DNA from: Ignavibacteriales bacterium | GTDB lineage: Bacteria; Bacteroidota; Ignavibacteria; Ignavibacteriales; Melioribacteraceae | DNA: 64,000 nt | Assembly (NCBI GenBank): GCA_026390795.1 | Contig: JAPLFG010000005.1 | Location: 98,200 to 162,199 of the forward strand | Direction: 5' to 3' | Part shown: one piece after another, positions 25,446 through 34,769 of the stretch | Layout: every line of letters begins with the position of its first letter | How positions within the stretch are numbered: the stretch's first letter is position 1 | Translations under genes and position numbers: made by a program | The notes under the pieces: model-generated | Told to the model about the DNA's origin: nothing | Database searches by the model: none | What the model saw: only the letters and a program-made list of their open reading frames with translations

Positions 25446-25476
25446 CTAGCGCGTCTACCAATTCCGCCATCCGGGC
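25446..25476. repeat. 31-bp direct repeat, right copy (orphan 5' fragment of tRNA-Leu); putative att core
   Basis: Identical to 4121-4151. No remainder of the tRNA follows it. Confidence 0.85.
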
Positions 25477-25522
25477 ATATTTTTAAATCAAAAATAAAGA
25501 ACGATGCTTTCTAAAACAAAAC

Positions 25523-27847
25523 TTATCTGATTTCTTTTGCCTCATGGCTGCTTGTATCTTTATAGGGAAACCGGTCAATATATTTATAATCACCGTCGCG
25601 AAACGCATCAAATTTATCAGGCATATCTTTGATATTTATAATATCGGTTACTACACCTGTGCGACAGTCGGGTGAAACCAATTTTGGATTTCCAAGTTCA
25701 AAAATAGATTCTTTGCAGAAATTTGCAGAGACAACATTTCCGCTTGCCGGAGGTGTAAAATCTTCAAGCGGAAGATTTAACTGCTCATAAACATCGTGCA
25801 TAAAAATTGCCCAGATAGGCAACGCAGCCATTGCACCCTGTCCGTAATTTCCGGTGAATGAAACACGCTGATCATCAAAACCAACCCAAACGCCAGCCGC
25901 AAGTTGCGGAGTATATCCAACAAACCATGCATCGGCAAATTCTTGCGTTGTACCGGTTTTTCCAGCTGCCGGTCTGCGGAAATTATAAACACTGCGCGCT
26001 GAGGCGCCTGTACCGGCATCAATGGCTGTCTGAAGCATGTTTGTAACAATGTATGCTGTTTCTTCCGGAATCGCTTCGCTTGTATTTGAGGCAAAGTTAT
26101 CAATCAATCCCCCGTCTTTGTCTTCAATTCTTAAAATGGAAATCGGTTCGTTATAAACTCCATGATTTGCCAGTGTAGCAAAAGCATTTGTTAATTCAAG
26201 AGGAGAAACTACAGAAGTACCAAGTGCAATTGATGGGACTAAATCTAATTTCCCTTTTATTCCCATTTTCTCTGCAAATCTTCCAATCTTCCATAGAGGA
26301 GCGTGATCTTCAATAATTAATCTTCCGGCCACAATATTGAGTGATTCTCTTAACGCATCCCGTAGTGTTACAAAACCGCTTGTAGATCTGTCAAAATTTT
26401 CCGGACTCCAAATTTTTGCTGATCCGTCATTATATGCAAAACGGTCATTCATAATTGGAAATGCGGGATATAGGCCATTATCAATTGCAACCGAATAAAC
26501 AATCGGTTTAAATGCAGAACCCGGCTGCCGACGTATTTGTGTTACATGATTTAAGCCGTATAAAAATTTTGGGTCCCGCCCACCTACCATGGCTCGTATT
26601 TCACCGTTCTTTGGATCCATGGCTACAAACCCGACTTCTATTTTTTTCTCAGCATGTTTGACCGAATCAATAAATGCCGTATCCTTGAGAAGATTTTTAT
26701 ACACCGCGCGTTTCTCTTCTTGACTCGAAGCGGATTTATATTCCAAAGAATTTTTCGCAGCTTTGTCAATCATTTCTGTGAGTATAGAAGAATATTTAGT
26801 CCAGCTCCAATGTTTATCAAATTGTTTTTGGAATTCATCCAGATGAATTTTAGCGGCATTATTAGCAATCTTCTGCATGCGGCTATCAAGAGTTGTTATT
26901 ATGTTTAATCCGTCCTGATAAATATCAAATCCATACTTTGGTGAAAGTTTTCTCATTTGCTGACGGATATACTCAAGAAAATGCGGAGCTAAACCTCCAA
27001 GAATTCCTTCTTCAATTCTTTTATAAGAAAGTTTGATCGGTTCAAGTTTCAGTTTCTCGTATTGTGCTTCAGTTAGATATCCTTCATCAACCATGTTATA
27101 CATAACAAGATTTCTTCTCCGGAACGCGTTATCATATTTATCAAACGGATCATACCTAACATCAGATTTGAGAAGTGAAATTAATACTCCAGCATCAGAA
27201 ACCGAAAGTTCTTTAACACGTTTATTGAAATAAACCCGAGCCGCCACGCTAAGACCATAAGCTCCGTGCCCGAAGTATGATGTATTAAAATACATCTCTA
27301 AAATTTCTCTTTTTGTGTAAGTCTTCTCAATTTGTATCGCGGTTATCCATTCTCTTATTTTTCTAATTACTGCCCCGCGTGTCGATTCTTTTTTAACTTT
27401 TAGCTTATATAAATTTTTTGCCAACTGCTGGGTTATTGTACTGGCACCTTCACGCTTGAAGAGAATCACATTTTTGACAATTGCTTTTATAAACCTTTGT
27501 AGATCAACACCCCAATGCTTGTAAAAATTTTTATCTTCGGTTGCAATCAATGCGTTAACAACATGAGATGGAATACTATCAATACTAACTTCAACCCTGT
27601 TCTCGTTAAAGAATGATCCAATCAATTGACCGTCTCTGGTCCAAACATTGCTTGCGAGTTGTGTACTGGGACTTTCCAAATCTTGCAGTGAAGGCATTCC
27701 TTCAAAAATGTATTGCATGAATAAAAAAATTGCAACTACCGCTAATACAGCGAATCCTAACAAATAATATTTTAATGTTTTTTTATTCGGCTTAGTGAGT
27801 TTCTTTTTAATAGGTGTTTGTTTGATGTTCATCTTATTCCCAATCAA
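25523..27847 (-). CDS. mrcA: penicillin-binding protein 1A (bifunctional transglycosylase/transpeptidase)
   Basis: 774 aa. GT51 motif ATEDKNFYKHWGVD, then SAFKP (SxxK) and KTGTT. Confidence 0.9.
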   Translation of the reverse strand: MIGNKMNIKQTPIKKKLTKPNKKTLKYYLLGFAVLAVVAIFLFMQYIFEGMPSLQDLESPSTQLASNVWTRDGQLIGSFFNENRVEVSIDSIPSHVVNALIATEDKNFYKHWGVDLQRFIKAIVKNVILFKREGASTITQQLAKNLYKLKVKKESTRGAVIRKIREWITAIQIEKTYTKREILEMYFNTSYFGHGAYGLSVAARVYFNKRVKELSVSDAGVLISLLKSDVRYDPFDKYDNAFRRRNLVMYNMVDEGYLTEAQYEKLKLEPIKLSYKRIEEGILGGLAPHFLEYIRQQMRKLSPKYGFDIYQDGLNIITTLDSRMQKIANNAAKIHLDEFQKQFDKHWSWTKYSSILTEMIDKAAKNSLEYKSASSQEEKRAVYKNLLKDTAFIDSVKHAEKKIEVGFVAMDPKNGEIRAMVGGRDPKFLYGLNHVTQIRRQPGSAFKPIVYSVAIDNGLYPAFPIMNDRFAYNDGSAKIWSPENFDRSTSGFVTLRDALRESLNIVAGRLIIEDHAPLWKIGRFAEKMGIKGKLDLVPSIALGTSVVSPLELTNAFATLANHGVYNEPISILRIEDKDGGLIDNFASNTSEAIPEETAYIVTNMLQTAIDAGTGASARSVYNFRRPAAGKTGTTQEFADAWFVGYTPQLAAGVWVGFDDQRVSFTGNYGQGAMAALPIWAIFMHDVYEQLNLPLEDFTPPASGNVVSANFCKESIFELGNPKLVSPDCRTGVVTDIINIKDMPDKFDAFRDGDYKYIDRFPYKDTSSHEAKEIR

Positions 27848-28562
27848 TTATCTCAAATGTTTCAATAAATTTCCCGAAGCATGGCTGGTCTAACCATGAG
27901 CCAAGGTTGATGTAATATCCTTCTTTATATTTTTCAAGCGTTCTATTGTGTGAATGACCGAAGATTACGTAATCAAATCCGGAATCTATTTTTGTCTTTG
28001 CGGTTTCAAATAGTCCGTCCACTGTTCCATAATTTTTATTAGCCGTATAATCACGGCTTGATTTACTTGTAGCACTTGCAATTTTAATCCCTAGATCGGG
28101 ATGAACAAGCGAGTATATTTTTTGCAGTGTTTTGTTTCGTAAAATTTTCTTTAAGATTTGGTAACCAAGATCGTTCTTTACCATTCCGTCGCCGTGCGCC
28201 ATAAAAAATTTTTTACCGTTCAATCTAATATCAATTGGATCGTGATAAAGAACGGCTCCTATTTCTTTCTCGAAGAAATCCCGGTGGAGAAAATCATGAT
28301 TACCAATTATGTAATGAATTTTTTTACCGCTTTCGGTAAAATCAGCTAAAGAAGCAAGTGTTTTTATAAATCCTTTTTGAATTACACGCTTATACTCGAA
28401 CCAGTAATCAAAAAGATCGCCTATTATAAATAACTCATCACATGAATCCTGAGCATGATTAATCAACTTTACTAGTTTTTTTTCAGTTTCTTTCTCAACT
28501 TCCGGAGAACGGAGCCCAAGATGAATATCAGAAATAAAATAATAGGTTTTGTTAGGAATCAT
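27834..28562 (-). CDS. lpxH: UDP-2,3-diacylglucosamine hydrolase
   Basis: Metallophosphoesterase motifs FISDIHLG, GDLFDYW, GNHD. ATG at 28562 forms an ATGA overlap with the upstream stop. The track ORF extends to 28607. Confidence 0.8.
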   Translation of the reverse strand: MIPNKTYYFISDIHLGLRSPEVEKETEKKLVKLINHAQDSCDELFIIGDLFDYWFEYKRVIQKGFIKTLASLADFTESGKKIHYIIGNHDFLHRDFFEKEIGAVLYHDPIDIRLNGKKFFMAHGDGMVKNDLGYQILKKILRNKTLQKIYSLVHPDLGIKIASATSKSSRDYTANKNYGTVDGLFETAKTKIDSGFDYVIFGHSHNRTLEKYKEGYYINLGSWLDQPCFGKFIETFEIIDWE

Positions 28563-30316
28563 TTCCCGTTCTCTTCTATAGATAAATTGATTTTTGCCAA
28601 CAACCAACTGTCGGGATCCAAAATTAAATCAACAGGTTTATATTTTGATTTCATTTCTAGAATAACCTCTTTGCCATCAATTCGAACAGTTGAAATTCCC
28701 GATTCGCTTACTTTTTCCGAAATCAATTTAATATCGAGTGGGAATTTATAAATATCGTAACCTTTTTGTAACTGTTTTATTTTAATTGTTGAAATAAATT
28801 CTTCTCCCTCCTTTTGAACAGACCAAACACAATCCAGCTCAATTATCCCTTCGCCTTTATAAACCCATTGATCAAAGAATTTATCCAAACTTTTCTTTGA
28901 AATCTTTTCACAGAAATTTTTGAAGTCGGCAGTTGAAGCATTACCGTATTTGTATTCTTTGAAATAGCTCTGTAATATCTTAAAAAATATTTCATCGCCG
29001 ACTTCTCTTCTTAACATATGCAGCACCCATGCGCCTTTATCATATATAAGAGAACTAAACAATGCGTTCCCGGGATTGTATAGAGTGCCGTTTGGAAACA
29101 TACTGAACTTACTTCTGAGCGTTGATTGAAGTGCCCGGATATCGCTTTGTTTTTCCCAATAGAGAGCTTCGGAGTAAGTCGCAAATCCTTCATTCAGCCA
29201 GATATCTTTCCATGTTTTTGGACCGACGGCATCTCCCCACCAATGATGCGCAAGTTCATGAATCAACATATCAGAAAAAAATTTTCTCCCGGAAATAAAA
29301 TTTGATCCAATTCCGGTTATAGTTTGGTTTTCCATTGCCCCGGACTGCCACCAAAATTCCGCGACACTATATTTTTCCTTTACAAACGGATATGCGCCGA
29401 ACAGTTCTTCAAATGTTTTAAGATATTTTGGATGATCGGAAAAATCCCTTTGAGCGTTATCTATATTTTCCGGAAGCGCATAGTAAGACAATTTCAACGA
29501 ATCACCACTAATAGAAATATATTTTTGTGAGACCGATTTATAATTTCCGGAATAGAGTGCGATTAAATAGGTAGAAATTGGATAAAATGTTTTCCAATGA
29601 TAAGTTCTGCGTGCACCTTGTGTATTTGTTTCAATCAATCTGCCGTTCGATAACGACACGTCTGAGGAATCATTGGTGATGTAAATATCGGCTAACGCTT
29701 TATCATCCGGCAGATCCACACAAGGGAACCAAGTTGAAGCAAAGACCGGTTCGCTCAATGTATAAACCTGGTAACGGTTATCAACTTTTTCAAAATTGAA
29801 TGAACCGAAGCCTAAACTTTTTGGAGTCCCTTCATAAACAATTTTAATAACCGCCGTATCAATAGAATTATTATTGTGAATACTTAACAATTTTTCGGAA
29901 CGATCATATTCCACTTTGGTATCATTGAGGCGAAGATCGCGAATAATAAGATTATCATAAAAATTAATTTCTATTTTTGATAATTGCTTCTCATTTACTT
30001 TCATTTTTATCGTTACTTCACCAAAGATTTTTTTTTGTTCCGGATATAAATCAATTTTGATCTGATAATGAAGGACATCAATTGCACTTTGAGTTTTGGG
30101 ATTGTATTCTGCCAGCTCTTTTTCATCAAAGTTTTTTAACTGACTCGAAAGATTGATCAGTTTGACAGTATCACTCGGTAGATTGAATCGATTGACCAGC
30201 CAACGGTACGTAAGAAATCCCGCGATTAGAACAACAAGCAGAATTATTGAGGAAATTAGAAGTATTAGTCTTTTTCGCATTAATATGTTGTGGAGTCCGA
30301 GTTTGATTTCATACAA
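28559..30316 (-). CDS. M1-family zinc aminopeptidase (aminopeptidase N-like), membrane-anchored
   Basis: 585 aa. HELAHHWWGD plus WLNEGFATY (HExxH-x18-E). N-terminal TM helix. The start may be Met13 (30280). Confidence 0.85.
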   Translation of the reverse strand: MYEIKLGLHNILMRKRLILLISSIILLVVLIAGFLTYRWLVNRFNLPSDTVKLINLSSQLKNFDEKELAEYNPKTQSAIDVLHYQIKIDLYPEQKKIFGEVTIKMKVNEKQLSKIEINFYDNLIIRDLRLNDTKVEYDRSEKLLSIHNNNSIDTAVIKIVYEGTPKSLGFGSFNFEKVDNRYQVYTLSEPVFASTWFPCVDLPDDKALADIYITNDSSDVSLSNGRLIETNTQGARRTYHWKTFYPISTYLIALYSGNYKSVSQKYISISGDSLKLSYYALPENIDNAQRDFSDHPKYLKTFEELFGAYPFVKEKYSVAEFWWQSGAMENQTITGIGSNFISGRKFFSDMLIHELAHHWWGDAVGPKTWKDIWLNEGFATYSEALYWEKQSDIRALQSTLRSKFSMFPNGTLYNPGNALFSSLIYDKGAWVLHMLRREVGDEIFFKILQSYFKEYKYGNASTADFKNFCEKISKKSLDKFFDQWVYKGEGIIELDCVWSVQKEGEEFISTIKIKQLQKGYDIYKFPLDIKLISEKVSESGISTVRIDGKEVILEMKSKYKPVDLILDPDSWLLAKINLSIEENGK

Positions 30317-30388
30317 AGTTAATAATTTCTTTAATTGCCAATCAATTCATAATTAGATATATTTTAATCAAATTCTTATAGGATTGAA

Positions 30389-31627
30389 ATGGCATACACC
30401 GGTTCAACTATCCTACGAAAAACTTTAACTATGATCTTAGCAGGCGGGCAAGGAGAACGATTATTTCCGCTTACTAAAGAGAGAACAAAACCTTCCGTTC
30501 CGTTCGGAGGTAAATACCGGATAATTGATTTCACATTGTCTAATTGTTTGAATTCCGGATTTCGAAAAATCTATGTCATCACACAATACAAATCGGATTC
30601 GTTAAACCGTCATTTATATGAAGCCTGGAGCATTTTTAATCCGGAGCTGAGAGAATTTGTATATTCAATCCCGCCTCAATTTAAAACAAGCAACAATTGG
30701 TATTTAGGAACTGCGAATGCTATTCACCAAAATTTTAATTTGATAGATGACGAAAGTTTCGAATGGGTTCTAATTCTCTCCGGTGATCATATTTACAAGA
30801 TGGACTATTTGAAAATGATCCAGTACCACATTGAAAAAAAAGCTGCACTTTCACTTGCTGCTATTGAAGTTCCTAAGGCGCAAGCATCCCGTTTCGGTGT
30901 AATCGATATTGATCCACATTATAAAGTCACTGCCTTTGTTGAGAAACCAAAGTCTCCGCCGACAATTCCCGATAAACCGGAATCATCCTTTGCCAACATG
31001 GGAATTTATGTTTTCAATGTTGCAGCACTTAAAGAAGTTTTTACCAAAATGGATAAAGAAAAAAGTTCAAATCATGATTTTGGCAAAGATGTTATTCCCT
31101 ACATGTTAAAAAATGACTACCATGTTCAGGCTTACCGTTTTATTGATGAGAACAAAAAGGATCAGCCGTATTGGGTTGATGTAGGTACGATTGATAGCTA
31201 TTACGCAGCCAGCATGGATTTGATAAATGTCAGTCCACATTTTAATCTTTACGATTTTGACTGGCCGCTACGCACACAGCAGCAGCAGTATCCACCGGCA
31301 AAAACCGTATCGCATGAAGGTGAACGTGTCGGACGTGCAATTAATTCGTTAATATCAGATGGAACAATTATCTCTGGCGGTTTGGTTGAACGTTCAATAG
31401 TTGGATTCAATGTTCGCGTTAATAGTTATTCCTATGTTACCGATTCGATTATCATGGATAACTGTAACATTGGGCGTCATGCTAGAGTTAGAAGAACCAT
31501 AATTGATAAAAACGTCTCTGTACCAGAGGGTTTTGAAATTGGATTTGATTCCGAAACAGATAAAAAAAGATTTACTGTATCGGAAACTGGTATTGTCGTG
31601 GTTCCCAAAAACTATATTTTTAAATGA
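30389..31627 (+). CDS. glgC: glucose-1-phosphate adenylyltransferase
   Basis: 412 aa with ILAGGQGERLFPLTKERTKPSVPFGGKYRIIDFTLSNCLNSG. Confidence 0.9.
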   Translation: MAYTGSTILRKTLTMILAGGQGERLFPLTKERTKPSVPFGGKYRIIDFTLSNCLNSGFRKIYVITQYKSDSLNRHLYEAWSIFNPELREFVYSIPPQFKTSNNWYLGTANAIHQNFNLIDDESFEWVLILSGDHIYKMDYLKMIQYHIEKKAALSLAAIEVPKAQASRFGVIDIDPHYKVTAFVEKPKSPPTIPDKPESSFANMGIYVFNVAALKEVFTKMDKEKSSNHDFGKDVIPYMLKNDYHVQAYRFIDENKKDQPYWVDVGTIDSYYAASMDLINVSPHFNLYDFDWPLRTQQQQYPPAKTVSHEGERVGRAINSLISDGTIISGGLVERSIVGFNVRVNSYSYVTDSIIMDNCNIGRHARVRRTIIDKNVSVPEGFEIGFDSETDKKRFTVSETGIVVVPKNYIFK

Positions 31628-31649
31628 AACATTTATTGTACAATAATTC

Positions 31650-31675
31650 GGGCTGGTAACTACCAGCCCTTTTTA
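31650..31675 (+). terminator. rho-independent terminator of glgC
   Basis: GGGCTGGT / ACCAGCCC 8-bp stem, AACT loop, followed by TTTTTATTTT. Confidence 0.8.
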
Positions 31676-31722
31676 TTTTAAAGAATCAATTTTATTTTGG
31701 TACAGTTAAAAATAAGCTCAGC

Positions 31723-33540
31723 ATGAATTCAACATTACAAGACAAACTTAACTCACTCCCCGCTCTGCCGGGCATATACCAATTCTTAAATGAGAAAGGG
31801 AAAATCATTTATGTTGGTAAAGCAAAAAATTTGCGCGGCAGAGTACGTTCCTACTTCCAAAAAAATGTTGATTCGCCAAAAACCGAAGTGCTCGTTTCAA
31901 AAATTAACGATCTGGAATTGATTGTTACCAATAATGAAATTGAAGCACTTGTTCTTGAAAACAATCTTATTAAAGATTTAAAACCGAGATACAATATTAT
32001 TCTTAAGGATGATAAATCATTCCCTTATATCCGTGTAACAAATGAACCATATCCGCAGATCTTCCCTACAAGAAATGTCATCAAAGATGGATCAAAATAT
32101 TTTGGCCCTTTTACAGATGTAAAGAATATGAAGACTTCTCTCCGTGTGATAAGCAAAATATTTAAGATCAGAAGCTGCAAATTGGATATTACTCAGCAAG
32201 CGATTGACAAGAAAAAATTTAAGGTCTGCTTGGATTATCACATAAAAAAATGCGAAGGTCCATGCGAAGGACTGGTGACACAGTTGCATTACAATGGAAT
32301 GGTTAGTCAAGTTATAAAAGTTTTGAGAGGTAAAACCGAAGAACTTATTCAAGAATTAAAAAATCAGATGGAAAGTGCTTCTGCCAAATTAGATTTTGAA
32401 AAAGCTGCCGAGATTCGAGATAGAATTGATCAACTGCAAGTTTATTCTTCCAAACAAAAAGTTGTTTCAAACGATTTAGAAGACCGGGATATTATCAGCG
32501 CAGCATACGAAGGCAAAGATGTTGCTGCAACAATTTTAAATATCCGGGCAGGCAAGTTAGCGGGTAAACGGCAATTGAATTTGGGTTGTGAAGTTAACGA
32601 AGAGCCTGGTCAAATTTTTGCCGCAATAATTAAATTTTATTACAGCGAGTTTGTTGAAGTACCGCGTGAGATTATTGTTGAAACTGAACCAGACGATTCT
32701 GAAGCATTGATGGAATGGCTGAACATAAAAGCTATTAAGAAATGCCATCTCATAATACCTCAAAAACAGAGTGACGCGAAATCTCTATTAATGATGTGTA
32801 AACAAAATGCACAATTGCAGCTGAAAGAAATTCAACTTCAGAGAATGAAGAAGGAAGGGAATGTTCCCTATGCGCTCTCGGCACTTCAAAGAGATTTGCG
32901 TTTGAAAAATCTTCCGCGCGTTATTGAATGTTTTGATAACAGCAATCTTCAAGGAAGCGACGCAGTTGCAAGCATGGTCGTTTTTGTTGACGGCAAGCCG
33001 AAAAAAAGTTTGTACAGGAAATTTATAATCAAGACTGTTGAAGGACCGGATGACTTTGCCAGCATGCGGGAAATAATTTTCCGAAGATACAACAGATTAA
33101 AAGAAGAGAATCTGCCGTTCCCTGATCTCATCATGGTTGACGGCGGTAAGGGTCAGCTTTCAAGTGCCATTGAGATACTTAATGAACTAGAAATAAAAAA
33201 TTATGAGATTATCGGATTGGCAAAACGGTTGGAAGAAGTTTTTCTTCCCGGCGAATCGGAAGCGCAATCAATACCTAAGACATCATCAAGTCTAAAATTG
33301 CTTCAGCATGTGCGCGATGAAGCTCACCGTTTTGCAATAACATTTCACCGCGAGCGGAGAAGCAAAAGAACAATTACAAGCGAACTTCTTGAAATAAAAG
33401 GGATCGGCGAAAAAGTTGCGCATAAACTTTTAACCGCTATGAGTTTGGATGAAATAAAATCTGCTGATGAAACAAAGTTAGCTGAAGAGATTGGTAATGC
33501 AAAAGCAAAATTGATATTTGAACATTATCATACAAAATAA
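31723..33540 (+). CDS. uvrC: excinuclease ABC subunit C
   Basis: 605 aa. GIY-YIG N-terminus GIYQFLNEKGKIIYVGKAKNLRGRV. C-terminal HhH (LLEIKGIGEKVAHKLL). Confidence 0.9.
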   Translation: MNSTLQDKLNSLPALPGIYQFLNEKGKIIYVGKAKNLRGRVRSYFQKNVDSPKTEVLVSKINDLELIVTNNEIEALVLENNLIKDLKPRYNIILKDDKSFPYIRVTNEPYPQIFPTRNVIKDGSKYFGPFTDVKNMKTSLRVISKIFKIRSCKLDITQQAIDKKKFKVCLDYHIKKCEGPCEGLVTQLHYNGMVSQVIKVLRGKTEELIQELKNQMESASAKLDFEKAAEIRDRIDQLQVYSSKQKVVSNDLEDRDIISAAYEGKDVAATILNIRAGKLAGKRQLNLGCEVNEEPGQIFAAIIKFYYSEFVEVPREIIVETEPDDSEALMEWLNIKAIKKCHLIIPQKQSDAKSLLMMCKQNAQLQLKEIQLQRMKKEGNVPYALSALQRDLRLKNLPRVIECFDNSNLQGSDAVASMVVFVDGKPKKSLYRKFIIKTVEGPDDFASMREIIFRRYNRLKEENLPFPDLIMVDGGKGQLSSAIEILNELEIKNYEIIGLAKRLEEVFLPGESEAQSIPKTSSSLKLLQHVRDEAHRFAITFHRERRSKRTITSELLEIKGIGEKVAHKLLTAMSLDEIKSADETKLAEEIGNAKAKLIFEHYHTK

Positions 33541-33544
33541 AAAT

Positions 33545-33636
33545 GCCAAGCACTCAACCACCCAAGTTAAATACTAACCGTTGCTTCCTTCCGGACCTGG
33601 CGGGATTGGGTAAAAACTTGCCGGTAAGTGCCTGGC
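33545..33636 (-). ncRNA. ffs: signal recognition particle RNA, small (4.5S) type
   Basis: The minus strand contains CCAGGTCCGGAAGGAAGCAACGG (the conserved SRP domain IV motif; E. coli has CAGGUCCGGAAGGAAGCAGCC). 5' GCCAGGCACT pairs with 3' AGTGCTTGGC to close a ~92-nt hairpin. Confidence 0.8.
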
Positions 33637-33755
33637 AAAAATCGGGGTGCTAATATAGAAAAATTAAGAATAGAACGCTGATCATTATGATCTTTTCTTA
33701 TACAAAATGATTAATCATTAAAAATCATAACCATCATAAAAATCCGCGTTCCATT

Positions 33756-34769
33756 CTACATAAATTCCGCTTTAATTATATCGAACACTTTGGCAGAATC
33801 AATTCCCCCAACACCGGCGAATGAACATTTCTTCGGATCGCCGGGACAAACAGTCTGGCAATAATTTTCTGAGGGCAGAACAATTTTACTTTGATTGCCC
33901 ATAGGTCCCCATAGTTTTGGTGAACAAGCAGTAAGAGGACAAAACATTGAAAGTGTTTTAACTTTTAAAGCTGCAGCAATATGCATTGGGCCTGTGCTTG
34001 CGGAAACTAATAAATCAAGCGAAGCAAAATTCAAAAACGACTCACGTAACGTCTTACCAACATTAGGATAAAAAATATTTTCTATTCCTTCAAGTTCTGC
34101 CGGAACTTTATTATCAGTGACAGCAATGCTTATTTCTTCATTATGATTCAGCATTAGGATTAATTTTTTATATTCATCCGGCAACCAGTTTGGCGAAGAA
34201 TTACCGCATGTAGAGTGGATTCCAATTAAATATTTTTTGCCGTGCAGTAACTTAATTCTAGTTTCTACAACTTTTTGCTTTTCTTCTTCGGTTAGAAATA
34301 CTTCCGAATCAAGATTATTGGATTGTACTCCAATCTTCCGCGCAAGGTCCATACAATAATCAGCTTCGTGACGAAGCGGAATATATTTTTTACGATCTAC
34401 GTACCGCGTAAAAGTTAGAAACTGATAAAGCTTATGCCCCACACCAACTCGGAATGGAACACCGGCAAAGAAAAGAATGTAGTTCAACTTTTCAGTTGGT
34501 AGAAGAGTTAGGGAATGAGTGAACTTGTAATTTCTAATCTCGCGGACTTGCTCGAAAAATGATTTCGGCGAATCCTTATCCTCAATCAAAATAATTTTAT
34601 CTACATAAGGATTGTTCGTGTAAATATCTTTTGTGTATCGACGAAGAAGGAGTGCAACGAAACTATCCGGAAAAGCTTTCTTAATTTCACGCGGAAGCGG
34701 TGTTGATAATACTACATCGCCAATTCTATCGGGTCTAACGATTAATATTCTTTTCTGTTTAGACATCAA
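33756..34769 (-). CDS. glycosyltransferase family 9 (LPS heptosyltransferase-like)
   Basis: 337 aa. N-terminal ILIVRPDRIGDVVLSTP is typical of GT9. Confidence 0.75.
   Translation of the reverse strand: MMSKQKRILIVRPDRIGDVVLSTPLPREIKKAFPDSFVALLLRRYTKDIYTNNPYVDKIILIEDKDSPKSFFEQVREIRNYKFTHSLTLLPTEKLNYILFFAGVPFRVGVGHKLYQFLTFTRYVDRKKYIPLRHEADYCMDLARKIGVQSNNLDSEVFLTEEEKQKVVETRIKLLHGKKYLIGIHSTCGNSSPNWLPDEYKKLILMLNHNEEISIAVTDNKVPAELEGIENIFYPNVGKTLRESFLNFASLDLLVSASTGPMHIAAALKVKTLSMFCPLTACSPKLWGPMGNQSKIVLPSENYCQTVCPGDPKKCSFAGVGGIDSAKVFDIIKAEFM

Larger units (their letters stand above)
4121..25476. mobile_element. integrated genomic island / integrative element (~21.3 kb) at tRNA-Leu, carrying replication, anti-restriction and defence-type genes
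   Basis: Bounded by perfect 31-bp direct repeats derived from the tRNA. Tyrosine integrase lies at the right end. Also carries an RHH protein, a primase-helicase, a Rep-like gene with iterons, Gam-like and DUF932 genes and a Type III R-M. No capsid, terminase, relaxase or T4SS genes. Confidence 0.75.

Noticed and set aside
4121-25476. Island as a complete prophage or a conjugative ICE
   Set aside because: There are no capsid, portal, terminase, tail or lysis genes, and no relaxase, coupling protein or T4SS genes. Only integration and replication functions plus accessory genes are present.
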